Assembly (NCBI GenBank): GCA_011109175.1
Contig: RDEW01000004.1
Coordinates: 1,697,355 to 1,761,354 of the forward strand
Origin: Dicyema japonicum
Taxonomy: Eukaryota > Animalia > Dicyemida
Direction of reading: 5' to 3'
DNA: 64,000 bases
Each line of letters opens with the position of its first letter. The stretch's first letter is position 1. Below the pieces are notes generated by a model that worked only from the letters and a program-made list of their open reading frames with translations, was not told the origin of the DNA and made no database searches. Both the position numbers and the translations under genes were made by a program. Below are positions 13,080 through 25,071 of this stretch, in pieces.

Positions 13080-13400
13080 TTACAATACCTCTATTCCCAT
13101 TACAATATCCACACATTGGACGGAAAAATAAAAAGTAACAAATTATTTGGTCACATCTTAAAATGGACAGGAATACTCCCGCTAATTTCGCGATGGAACA
13201 CCACTATGCTACTCATCCGGGATCGACTTTCCGATTGAAGGGTTGACGTCGGCAGATGATCTTGAGCACCTGAGCGACCTATCGAGGAACAAAGGGAACT
13301 GGAAGCGATTAACAAAACGCATCCAAGAGAGGGTGGCACAAGCGAGATAACTTCACTAACGTTGTTTTGCGGTGTGCTTATTGATAATAATTGATATTTT
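13080..13400 (+). mobile_element. RTE-like LINE 3' end remnant
   Basis: Broken frames give KLFGHILK and DDLEHLSDLSRNKGNWKRLTKRI (typical FGHILR ... DRxxWR C-terminus). Related to 35300-36230. Confidence 0.6.
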
Positions 13401-13809
13401 AAAAATTGCAATTTTCTGGTTGCCCTAGTCATTACCATTGTGAGAATCGAGCCTATAACTAATCGCAATCCAAAGAATTCTATAATAATTGTTAAACTTG
13501 TTAACTTAAGCCCGCATTACACGAAATTTTTTGTTAAGCACATCCGCGTTACCAATGAACAATGTTTNGATGCTTGGAAGTAAAATGTCTCTTTAGTTTG
13601 CTAAGAACCATAGATGCTTGTAATCATTCCCTTAGCAAAAAAAGTCATTATTACAAAAATAAGTCATTTGTTTCTAGGCAGCGTGATGTTCGGTGGACAA
13701 TATCTAACGATCGCATTTATTAATTCATCGAAGGAGTTTTTTTTAATTTTAGTAATTATTTTAATTCGTTTATCTTTTTAAATTAATTAGGTCAAAAATG
13801 TATATAAAT

Positions 13810-16800
13810 TTATTCAAATTTGTATTTGGCAGGCGGCACACCGTTTGACAACCTCTGTCCTGGAATGTTTGGCTATACTGGCGGAGCTCTGCAGTGGCAA
13901 ATTCAGTACTGCTATATCTGTGAAAGAACTCAAGAAAATGGCTGTAGGCAAAGAAGGTACTGGTCTAAAGGGGCGGGGACCAGATGACACAACTGTCAAG
14001 AGAGAGTAAGAGCACCAGAGCTGTGGATACGTTGCAGCTCAAGCCTGTTTATGAGTTTTTCGCTCGAAATTTCACTGCCGCGGCAGATGTCCACTTGAGG
14101 ACCCTAGATTTATTCGCAAGATCCCTCATTGTAAGGTTAATGGAGTAGTGTTAACCTGTATCAATAAGGCTGTGGCTTATACAGTGGAGAACTAAGCCAG
14201 AAGGGTCACTGGGTGACATTTTCCTAATGCTGTATGCAGCACGGATCATTCATAAGGAATTGACGGACAAGCCCAGAACACCAGTAAATTGAAAGGAGCA
14301 GATGCTGTGCCAAGATTGGCTTGGAGACAGACTGAGCTGGAAGCACTGGAGGGGCACATAAGTAGTGTGGCGCGAGGGGTTAGAAGAAAAGCACCGCTAT
14401 AATAAAGGGGCTAATTAGTAAACCTCCGTGTTTCCAAATGGGACCTCAAAGAGTTGAGGAAGGCAAAGGTGGAGTTAGAGGGGGCATATCGGTTCCCATT
14501 CAAAATGGTCTCTCGATAAATTTTTTCAGGTTTTTGGATAAGTTCATCAATAAACATCACGAGATATTTTACCAAGGTCCTCGACATCTTTAGGTAAAAA
14601 AGTCATCTTTTTTAAATCTTATAAAAATTGATTTTAATGGGTCCTATGGCTAAGTGGAACATTTTATCAAGTTCCTCGACATCTTTAGGTAAAAAAAGTC
14701 ATCTTTTTTAAATCTTATAAAAATTGATTTTAAGGGGTCCTATGGCTAAGTGGAACATTTTTACCGAGGTCCTCGACATCTTTAGCTAAAAAAGTCATCT
14801 TTTTTAATATTTTTATATAAGTTTAAAATGAAATATTTATTTTCAAAAGAAAAAAGGAAAATGATTATAAATGTTAATAGAACACATATTCTACTAAATT
14901 GAATATATATTCTGTCGGATCCATATTAAGTAATATTTGTTCTTGAACAAATCTCAATATATTCTCAGATAAAGCGATATATTTAGTTTTTCTAAGAATT
15001 TTTTCTCCATTTTGTAATCTTAAGAATTTAATCATTATGCCTTCTTCTTTTATCAATTTCTTTACAAAATTTCTTGGCGTCTTGTTTAATGTCCCAAATG
15101 TATTTCTAAAACGTTGTGCCAGCCTTCATTGAGTTATTTGTCCGAGGTAAGTCCTCATATAAATTATCCAGATTATTCCAATAATTAATTGGAAATCTTG
15201 GAATTAATGCATTTTCTTGATTTCCATATAATTGATCGAAAAATATTGATATAATGGATTTAGAATTTCAGGAAAATCTGATCTCGACTCTATCCAATCA
15301 AAAGTGTTCTTTACAGTATGTGTAGGAATAAAGGAGAGGCATTTCAACAGTTTTACAAATCTATCGTTAATTTTAAATCACATTTAACCTATTTATATCT
15401 TCATTATTTATGTCGTTGAAAATTCCTAGTTCCAATATTTTTTATTAATATTTCGTCCTAGATGGGACATGCAGCAATTTATCCGTGCGTTTGGAAATGA
15501 TTTTTGAAAAAGTTTATTGCTCCTTTTTCAAAATCTGAGACAATAACTCTTGGTTCTAAATCCGGAATGAGACGTTTAATTATTTGAAGCATTGTGTCAT
15601 ATTTATTTTCAGTTTTTGATGTTAAAAGACAGAAATTATTGAATTACAAGGTGATTAATTTTACCGATATTGTGAATAATTGCTTCCAATGAAGAGGGCA
15701 GACAGAAAAAGTCCCATTAATAGACCATATTTTATGATTTTTAATGGTGTCGTCATTTCAGAATTAAAAAAATAACCATATTTGTCTCAACATCTGAAAA
15801 GTTAATCATTAATATACCAATATTTTGGCGAAAACTGTGTCCAAACTGATAGAATCTATGCCCTCGTAAGGTATACAATAAATTTTCCTCTGTATAAAGA
15901 ACTAAATCATCACTTTTGTGTGGGATACTTTTCTTGTTCTATTAATCAGTTATTCCAGAAAAGAATGAGTCCCTGTCAAAGCAATAGTAGTCAAATTTTG
16001 TCCAAGCAGAGAATATTAATTATCTGTTTAGGACCCATATCACATAAGAGTGATTTCTGCTTTATGTCCTCCCGTATTAAGCTCTCTTGACAAATTCACT
16101 CCTTGGAAGATGATTATGTTGCTTCAGACTCCAAACTTCACCACAGGATTGAATGGTTTTTACAGATCCAGGTCAAGTACGATCTGAGCACCGCCAATAT
16201 GTGCTTTGTCCTCTCCTGTATTTTAAATGATACATATTTATAGCATGTTCTAAACTTCTATTTCCCTTCTGTTTAACGAAAAACAGCATGCAATAGTAAA
16301 TAATTAATTAATTAAATTATTCAAAAGTTTTATTATAATAAGAGAAATTAAAAAAGATAATAACTCATTAAATTTCGTTTTAATAAAAATAATTAATTTT
16401 TATTTCGAAGTCAATTAGTATCTTAAAATCATAGGGTTTGGAGGACCTTGGTAAAATGTTCCGCTTACCTATAAGAGCTTTTAAATTAATTTTTATAAGA
16501 TTTAAATAGATGACTTTTTTACCTAAAGATGTTGAGGACCTTGGTAAACTGTTCCACTTACCCATAAGACCCTTAAAATCAATTTTTATAAGATTTAAAT
16601 AGATGACTTTTTTACCTAAAGATGTCGAGGACCTTGGTAAAATGTTCCACTTAACCCATAGGACCCCTTAAAATCAATTTTTATAAGATTTAAAAAAGAT
16701 GACTTTTTTACCTAAAGATGTCGTTTCGCTAAAATCTCGTGATGTTTATTGATGAACTTACCCAAAACTTAAAAAAATTAATTGGAGGCCATTTTGAAAG

Positions 16801-19150
16801 AGGCCATTTTGAATGTACACGGCAATATCATATATAAGAGGAAACTATTCACATGAAAGTCGGGGTAAGAGAAGAAAGAAAATAATCTGTTTGAGTTTGA
16901 TTTGCAAATTGTTTTACCGTCGCCTACAAGAGAATTGCCATAATGCATTTTTCCAGCAGGACGCGGAAATGCTTTCCACATGGGGTAGTATGTGGGAGGC
17001 TAAACCACGCAGAAGAAATGCATGGAATGTCCATACAGCGCGCCGCTCCATTCTTGGGGAATCTTGCTTAATTTTCGATTTCCGGAAGAAATTTGCTCTG
17101 TCTGCAGCAGATTATCAACCGATACCCTGCATGCCAACCCTGTATAAGCTAATGACCAATTGGTGGCTAATGAAGGTCAGGAGCTTTGTAGAAGCAAATG
17201 GATTCTCCGAAAATCAATTGGGACTGTGCAAATTGTCAAGGGGCAAAAGAGCAGGCTTTGATCAACAAGTGCCTTTCTATGTCTAATGGAAACTCACTTT
17301 TGTCTATGTGGGTGTATGTGAAGAAGGCTTACGATTCAGTTAATCATTCTTACCTTGCCGAGTGCCTACACAGTCTGTTTATGCCTGTGTGGTTTATCAG
17401 CTTTGTAGTGAATGTGATGAATAGGTGGAGTATTCATCTGAACTATAATAGGCACCGGATAGGCAAGGTAAAACTCAACAGGGGGATCCTTCAGGGGATA
17501 GCATGTCTCCGCTGCACTTTGTTTTCTGTTTGAAGTCATTCAGTCGCCGCCTCAATGACCGGTTTGAGCAAATACCAGTTCATTGTAAAGGGGTTGTTTC
17601 AGTACAAATCACCTTCTTTTTATTGATGACCTGAAGATGTCTCGAACAGCCGAGGAGCTCTACTCCATGGGGGTCTGTGCCAGGGAATTCTTTGAGAGTA
17701 TAGGACTAGATTTGAATTATTCAAAGTCTGCGACTAACACGCAAGTATGTAGCGAGTTAGTAAGAGTCCTAGAGGAACACGAAGGATATAAGTATCTGGG
17801 TGTTACCGAATCTCCAAAGTCCCTTATAATGCCTGAGACAAAGCGACAAATTACTGAAGGCATCCGTAAAAGAGCAGCGTTATTGTGTAAGACGTCTCTA
17901 AATGCAAGGAATTTGTTCCTAGCATTAAATGAGTATGCTGTCTCGCTGCTAAACTACTACATAGGTGTTGTGGATTTTGAGCCCAAAGAGTATGATGAGA
18001 TGGATGTTATGATCCGTGGAGTACTCAGAAAGAACCATGTCCATATGCTGGCAGCCAATAAGGAGACACTATATTTACCCCGTGATAAATTCGACCGTAG
18101 ACTGTGTGGAGCAGTCCAACTTAGTGAGCGTATCCTAATGCGAATGCACGACACCCTGATAGCTGGGTCAAGTGTGTCTGCTAGGAAGCACGCCATAATA
18201 ACGACCGAGAAAACACGGGCAACCCACCTAGGCACTATCAGACCTTTTTTGTCTGCTATGTATGGTGTTGATGATGGTGGGCTAGTAAATGTGAAGGCGT
18301 TGATTGAATTACAATATAATAATTTGATGAAAATATCAACTTAAAAAGCCTTCATAAGGTCTCTTCAGAGCATTAGACAATCCACATGTCGACCTTAAGT
18401 CGTTGACAATATGGCTAAAATACGGTGACAACTTACCTCGATGGTGGCGCTGTACACATATGTGATGACCGCAATATCATTTGGGGTCGATCAACAAATA
18501 CATGTCCCCACTGTAAGTCAAGGAGCATGTCGGTTAATCATTTAGCCACTCGATGTGGATACATGCTCTGCCACGACTATGTGTAGAGGCATAACGTGGT
18601 AGTAAGGAGTATTCATCTTTCACTATGCAATAAGTATGCTATTCGCCAAACCAGAAAGTTGCGGACTCATAAGGTGCAATCTGTAGTAGAGAACACCAGG
18701 GTCCAAATTAAGGTAAACAGTGTTATCCGCACCTCGGTGCTAGTCAAGCACAATTATCTTGACATTGTGGTACACGATAAGGAGTCTAGCCAAGTCCTTT
18801 TCATAGATGTCGGCATTACGTCTCAAGACCGTATGCAGACTGGAAGTGGAGAAAAATAGGAATATGACTTGCTTGCAAACAAGATGGGGAAGATGCTTGG
18901 TTGCAAGGTTCTCGTTATTCCAATAGTATTGATGTGGGAAGGAATTGCAACAAAGTACCACAAAGGTTATCTGATTCAGTTGTGGGTAGATAGGAAACTT
19001 TATGCCTATATACAGTCCACTGTATTAAAGCGGACCCTAGAGAGCCTGACACTGGAGTATAGAGGTAGATCCCGGAGATGGCAAATGGGAACAGGGTTCA
19101 GTTGGACAGAAGGTTGTTGATTATTAAATATTAACTTTTTATTGTTGGTT
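13810..19150 (+). mobile_element. R4/Dong-like RLE non-LTR retrotransposon, degraded, interrupted by a MULE at 14491-16820
   Basis: RT motifs YQPIPCMPTLYKL, ENQLG, KKAYDSVNH, GILQG, FIDDLK, GYKYLGV. C-terminal CPHC..H.ATRC zinc knuckle and RLE motifs NYLDIVVHD, FIDVGIT, YDLLANKMG. N-terminal segment 13810-14490 continues in register after the MULE. Confidence 0.88.
14491..16820 (-). mobile_element. Mutator-like (MULE) DNA transposon with long TIRs built of ~93-97-bp tandem units; transposase pseudogene
   Basis: TIRs ~14491-14810 and ~16420-16820 are reverse complements (cattcaaaatgg...catcaataaacatcacgagat). Flanks gggcatatc / ggcaatatc (7/9, degenerate 9-bp TSD). Minus-strand fragments WSINGTFSVCP, FPNARINCCMSHLGRNI and NFVKKLIKEE are MULE DDE motifs. 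Confidence 0.88.
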
Positions 19151-19189
19151 AAATAAAGTGGAAATTTAATTAATAAAGCAATAACAGTC

Positions 19190-19560
19190 ATGAACGCTAT
19201 CGAACACGCTGGGTTTACACTTCTTCTGGAGCCCGTAGGTCTTTACATAGGTGATGGCAAAATCCCGGAATGCGCAACGATCATGCCATGGAGCCAAGGG
19301 AGGTGTCTTGATTAGGATTCAACGTGAACAGACGTTTATCTAATGGGAATTTGCTTAAGTCATCGTTGCACGCGGGTTCCACAACGGTACTGCTAAAGAA
19401 TTGAAAAAGAGTATGCACAACGTTATCATGTACCAGTTCATTTTCATCCGATCTCTGTTGAGACGTCTGGCGTTATTGGCCCGAACACGTCTGAGTTTAT
19501 CAGGTTAATCGACTGCTTTCGGGGGATCGGATGGGTGAACTTAGAATGACGTGATAGTTT
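19190..19560 (+). mobile_element. CRE-like element 3' (RLE) fragment
   Basis: Broken frames give LLEPVGLYIGDGKIPECATIMPWSQGRCL and FHPISVETSGVIGP, similar to GKRPDGMT / PFAVETSGILGP. Confidence 0.75.
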
Positions 19561-19824
19561 CGCTTTTCCCTGTTCCTCTAGGCATTGGTGGTAATTTGTG
19601 ACTCTAAGGTAATTCCTATAAGATTGTATGATTAGACAATACCCATAAATTATTTGAGTAGATCATTTGTTAGATAATCTATGATTGGCGCGTCCTTTAG
19701 AGTTTTTTCATAACAGCGATGTGTGAGTCTGCTTCGAGAATCTCGATAATATTCTGGAGACCTAGTTGATTATTATTTCAATAACTATCAGTTTGTTCGT
19801 AAATATTCATTTATTAACATCCCT

Positions 19825-19980
19825 AAGCCACGGTAAAACCATTATCACATGATCCTGATTCCTTCCATTAGAGATCTCATCTTTGCCCGGTGATCCTCCT
19901 GGGTGCCCGCGCGTGATCTTTCAGGGACACTGATTGAATTTACGGAGCCGCATTCCAGTCTCATACAACCTCCAGAAGAC
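19825..19980 (-). repeat. Family A tail copy
   Basis: 'cacggtaaaaccattatcacatgatcctg...gatctcatctttgccc' matches 7124-7190 and 12547-12606. Confidence 0.75.
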
Positions 19981-20091
19981 ATTATTTATTTATTATTTAT
20001 TTAATTATGTCCAGAAGACATAAATAAATTGATAAAAATATTTATTAAATTCAAATATTAAATAAATATTCAGAATACTATTATGTGGTTT

Positions 20092-20885
20092 ATGGAGGAA
20101 TATATTATGTGGTTTTTCCGTAATAATATGTATTATATTAGGCCTATTTATGTTCTCGTTTATCCTAATATGCATCTTCCACCAATTTTATTTGATCATC
20201 CCCACCATAAATGATGGAATATACCTACAGTTAACCCTTATGTTTATATTGGCACAATTCTCCATAAATATGCTCATTGTTTTAAATTCGGACTCTTCTC
20301 ATGGTAATTATGGTACTTTAGTCTACAGGTAAGATCACAGTGCCCACGTGGGTCTCGCTTAAACATTGCTACATCTGCAACAAGCAGGTCCCAAAGGAGT
20401 CCTCGCATTGATTTGAATGCAAGCGCTGTGTTATCAATCGCGCCTACCACAGTGCTATTTTCTCCACGTGCAATGGTTTTTCAAACTACAGAAAATTTTT
20501 TATATTTTTCCTTTATTCTTTCATTTTATTTACCTTTATGTCATCCACGTGTCTGCATTATATGTTCACTTACGGAATGACCAGCCATGGATTTATTGCT
20601 GTGATCTCTTTGATCTTTCCGGCAATTTCATGGTTGGTTGGTTTTGAAAAGTCTTTATTTGATTGTCTTTTGGCAAACTTTACTTTGATGCTTTTCTGGA
20701 TTTCAATGTGGGCATTTGTTCTTGAAACTGTTCAAATTACTACTGGCTGGAACCCTTTGAACAAGAGAAGAGTTAAGGTGAACACACGTGAGCGTGTGAT
20801 ATTTGGTTTTATTTGGGAGTTTATCTTTCCATCTACGATGGTGTTAAGAATCATCCAGATTATATATTTCAGTCTCTACCACTGA
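20092..20885 (+). pseudogene. ZDHHC: DHHC palmitoyltransferase-like gene (ZDHHC24/22-like) with in-frame TGA at a conserved Cys and DHHC->AYHS; probable pseudogene
   Basis: Exons 20092-20119, 20142-20303 and 20329-20885, joined by 22-nt and 25-nt GT-AG introns. Translation: MEEYIMWFFRLFMF...NSDSSHGKITVPTWVSLKHCYICNKQVPKESSH*FECKRCVINRAYHSAIFSTCNGFSNYRKFFIFFLY...FPAISWLVG...GFIWEFIFP. The spacing CxxC-x3-P-x3-H-C-xx-C-xx-CV-x3-DHHC...CxGxxNYRxF matches the DHHC domain, with 4 TM segments. Confidence 0.85.
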
Positions 20886-21649
20886 CATTTGATTTTTTCA
20901 CCTCTTTATTTAATAGTACTTGTTGCTTTTTTTGATAAGATATGGATCTTCGTAAGGGGGTCGAATGTTTTTTTTAATTATTAACTTAGCTGTAGCCGGG
21001 ACCATTAGTAAAAGTCCAGCAATAAATGCTGCGCGTCCGCTTCAGATCCAGGGAGCCCAGGATTAGTAAGAAGATTGCGAACTGTAGGAAAGGAACTGTA
21101 TCTAGAATAAAAATGGAGACTAGAAAAGGATTTGATTCAATTTCCGGATATTTAATTAAAATACATTAAACCCTCATTAATCCGAACAAAAAAATTGGAT
21201 TCCTTTTGGATTGTAGAGGAATAAATATAATAATTTCATTGTAATTAATATTTATGTTTTCATATATCAGAAGATAATGTAATATAAAATTTAAAATTAA
21301 AAAAAAAACTTATTTTTTATTTAGTGATGTCATAAATAGCTGTCTGTCTATTTTCCTTTGAATTATCATTTCTTAATTATTGTCGTATGTCATAAGAACC
21401 CGGGGCGTTGATGCTGTCCGGGTTGGTAAGACAAATTTATCACTTGAAAACATTAACAAACACTAAGTTTTGTCTCAAGAGAAACAAAATAGAGAGAAGT
21501 TAAATCCCCAAGGAATATAGAAAAGTAAATTCCCGGATTAAAGTAGAGATGTTAAATCCCCAATGGAAAAGAACCGAGATATAAGCTTACTTTATAGCAG
21601 ATAGATACTTTATTAACGTAACAAACTCGATACTAATTAAAAACTAATT

Positions 21650-24150
21650 AAAAAGGGAGAAGCCAACGAGTTTGTCCTGGTTGATGGGGTCTGGTTTAAC
21701 GAGACACCATATGTCTCCTCTTTGAATTATTGACCCCTTGCATCCAACAAGAATTATTTTTCAAGTGGTGCAATATTTCCTCAATGGATCTTGCACGTCT
21801 CTCATCACTTGACGGAATTTAGACTTTAAATCAAGTCCATATACCAGTTTAATAGCATATCTCCCGATTTAACGAGAAGCTCTACAATAGTACTTCTCTC
21901 ATCACTTTCAAACCATCCTTGGAAGCCATAAATCAAGAATGGTTCTATACAAGCTGTATACACGTAAGAAAAGTTTCCGGACTGAATTGAAAACGTAGAA
22001 GTGATTTCAACATCGCCGTAACTTTTTCTTCTTTTTCTTGATATAATTAATGAAGGAACCCTTCGAAATCACACAAACTCCAAGATATTGTAACTGTTCC
22101 ATGCATTTGATCGCTCCAGTATCAATACAAATCTTTGATTTGTTCTTGAAATTCACAATCCATGAAGCAGTAAATTTTTCAAGAGATAAGGATAAACCTT
22201 TATCTCGGCACCAGCATTTAATTATTTCGACATGTGTCGAAACACGTTTCCAAGAAATCGATCTATTAATACTCAGATCGAGCAAAAGAATGTCATCGTC
22301 AAATATCAACATTTAGGTGTTCAAACTTCGGATGTCACACATTGCGCAATTGAATAAAAGGGGACTTAAGAAAGACCCTTGTGGAACCCTTCTTTTTAAC
22401 AAAATTTTCTTCGATATATGATCTCCAACACTTATAAAAGATTCTCTACCAGAAAGAAAATTTTTTATCCACACTAGAGCTTTGCTCCCAATATTAAAAT
22501 TTGACAAAGTTTTCAACAACCCAGCATGCCAAACGCTATCAAAAGCCTTTGATATGTATAGACATACAGCCGTAAGACATTCTTTATTCTTTTTAGCAAC
22601 ACATATAAAATTTGATAATATTGAGAAACAATCTCCAGTACCTCTAGTGGGGCGAAAACCCACTGATCATCGAGAAGAAAATTGTTGTCTTCAACGTATT
22701 ATGATAATCTGTTGAAAATGATTTTTTCCATAATTTTCGATATACTGCATATTATGCTTATTGGCCTACAGTTCTCTGAATTTGAACTAGCTTTTTCCTT
22801 TTTCGAGATCATCCGTACAAAAGACTTTTTCCAAGTAAAGGAACATTCCAGAATACTACGAAGAATTAAATAAAGCCCATAACGTTTTCAATAATGGTAT
22901 TCCAGCATTTTTGAAGATTGTCAGGGGGATAAAATCCCAACCAGGAGCTTTATTTTTGCATCCATTAATAGCAAGAATATTTCCTCCATAGTAATCGTCC
23001 CACACAAAGGCCCCTCCACAAGCGGGGATGGCTCCTCTTCAAGAAAAATAGTTTGTATGCCTCTGGGAATAATTAACAGAGGATCCAATTCTTGTACCTC
23101 TGCGAGCTGTTGTCTTAAGACATCAGGAACTTTTTCTTTCGGGATCCAAGATCCGTCACGAGACTTGAGATTTATCTCTTCACCTTTCATATCCAAAGAA
23201 TTCATTTTCGAAAAAAATTTCCAGAATTTAGGATTATTACGAGTTTGGAACATTCTTTCCTCCATCTATCTTCTTCAATACTTTTTGATACTTCGATCAA
23301 TACACTCTTTATAGACTTGATCCTCTCTTTGAGATGATTAGAATCTTGTGGATCCAACATCGTTTCAATTTTCCTTCTAAATTTCTCATTTCACGAAGCA
23401 AATGACATTGCTTCCCCATTCATAAATTTATTTCTATGCGGAGAAAGAAATCTACTATTTACATAATAATCAAATAATTTAAAATAACATTTCTTAATTT
23501 TACATCCAAACTATCGATATCCACATGATTTAAAACTTTCAGTTCTCGAATATTATAAAACTTCATAGAAATATAAGAATTAAAATGAGCCCAATAATTC
23601 TGTTGATATTATATCCAAAAATATTTCTTCTTCAAAAACAGGTCCAGTTCGCAACTCCAAAGTTTGAGGTAAGTGATCACTTCCTATATCATTTTCGACA
23701 TAGGGCAGACCACTCAATAAAGCGTGGTTTTCTTGCATAACGAAAAACATCCAATATCAGCACTCCGTTGAGTTCTTTAGAAGTAATTAAGTTCTTTAGA
23801 AGTAAAAACTTCAAATTTTCTGATTCCATTATTTCCAATAAACATTTGCCGTCAGAATTAGTTTTCACATAACCATATGCAATATCTAGTGACAACACAT
23901 TCGTGAAATTTGCCAGATTTTTAAATATAAGTGAAAGAACGTATGCGTATGTTCAATTGCTAGTAATCAAGAAGACTTTGGAGAGTATGATTGATCATTT
24001 AGGAACAAAGTCGACATTTCGCGGCGTTATGATATACATAATGGAGGGATAAAGGACATTTACTCTCGTTCTGATAATGAATAAATTCAAGAGAGAGTGT
24101 GAGTGAAGAATAGGACTGTGACAATTGGAATTACTCTCATAGTTACTGGA
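21650..24150 (-). mobile_element. APE-type LINE (Jockey/I-like) ORF2 pseudogene, 5'-truncated
   Basis: APE remnant YGYVKTNSDGKCLL. RT motifs MGFRPTRGTGDC, ISKAFDSVWHAGLL, RVPQGSFLSPLLFN, IFDDDI, QLQYLGV in successive broken frames. Confidence 0.88.
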
Positions 24151-24524
24151 AGAGGAAACGAATTGGATAGAGAACATTTTATTTAGAATCATTTTGTGAC
24201 AAATAACTTAAACATTAAATTTGAAAGATCATAACAAAATTTTAATATAAAAACGATTTAAAAAATCAAAAAGTTCTTTAGTATCAGACAAATAAACTGT
24301 ATTTAAAGTAGCACGATGAATAGAAATGTTATATTTATAAACAGTAGTTTTCAATCCAATTATTAGATTTTAATCGAAATAGAGTTTTCGTTAACCAACG
24401 TTTTAGCGTTTGATTTTAGCGTTCAACCTGCCTTTGTGATTGAGAATGTCTTAGTCAACCATAAATCGCCGTTATCCCCGATCACATAATAATGCTGAAA
24501 ATTCAGTGTTACAAAACTCTTTTT

Positions 24525-24790
24525 CACCCTTTTCACGCTTAATCGATTTATTGACTCAAAATAAAAATTTTTGTTTTTTGAGGGAACAAAGGACCGATCC
24601 TTCGACCTCTTTTATTTTCGACCCTTTTCACGCTTATCGCTTTATTGACTCAAACTAAAATTTTTTGGTTTTGAGGAACAAGGGACCAATCCTTCGACCT
24701 CTTCTCTTTTCGACCCTTTTTCACGCTTTAATCGCTTTATTGACTCAAAATAAAATTTTTGTTTTTTGAGGGAACAAGGGACAGATCTTT
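24525..24790 (+). repeat. Tandem repeat, ~94-bp unit, ~2.8 copies (subterminal to the TIR element)
   Basis: 'cacgctt' recurs at 24534, 24629 and 24722. Unit: ccttcgacctcttttattttcgacccttttcacgcttaatcgctttattgactcaaaataaaatttttgttttttgagggaacaagggacc. Confidence 0.9.
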
Positions 24791-25071
24791 CGAAGCAAAA
24801 CTTAGTTGTTGTTAATGTTTTCAAGTGATAAATTTGTTTTATCAACCCGGACAGTATCAACAGCCCGGACGCTATCACATACGACAATTATTGTACACTT
24901 GACTCTCGCAAATTGGCCACAATTTTTACAATTTTTAAATTTTTTTAAAAATAAAAATTTAACACATGTCTTCCAATTCCACTCGTGGACGCTAACTCGG
25001 CTTACTTTTATTGAAAAACTCAAATTGTTAATGAAAAAGAAATTTTATTATCAAATGAATAAAAAATTAAA

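Larger units (their letters stand above)
21380..24887. mobile_element. Unclassified TIR DNA element (~95-bp TIRs, candidate TTA TSD) with a nested LINE
   Basis: 21380-21475 (ttgtcgtatg...ctgtccgggttggtaagacaaatttatcacttgaaaacattaacaa...ctaagttttg) is the reverse complement of 24795-24887. TTA lies on both sides (21377-79, 24888-90). Confidence 0.7.

Noticed and set aside
13568-13568. Single ambiguous base (n)
   Set aside because: Assembly or consensus ambiguity with no biological signal.
14570-16730. Regularly spaced repeats resembling a CRISPR array or satellite
   Set aside because: Units are contiguous with no unique spacers, occur as an inverted pair flanking a MULE transposase, and the context is eukaryotic. 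The same reasoning applies to 24525-24790.
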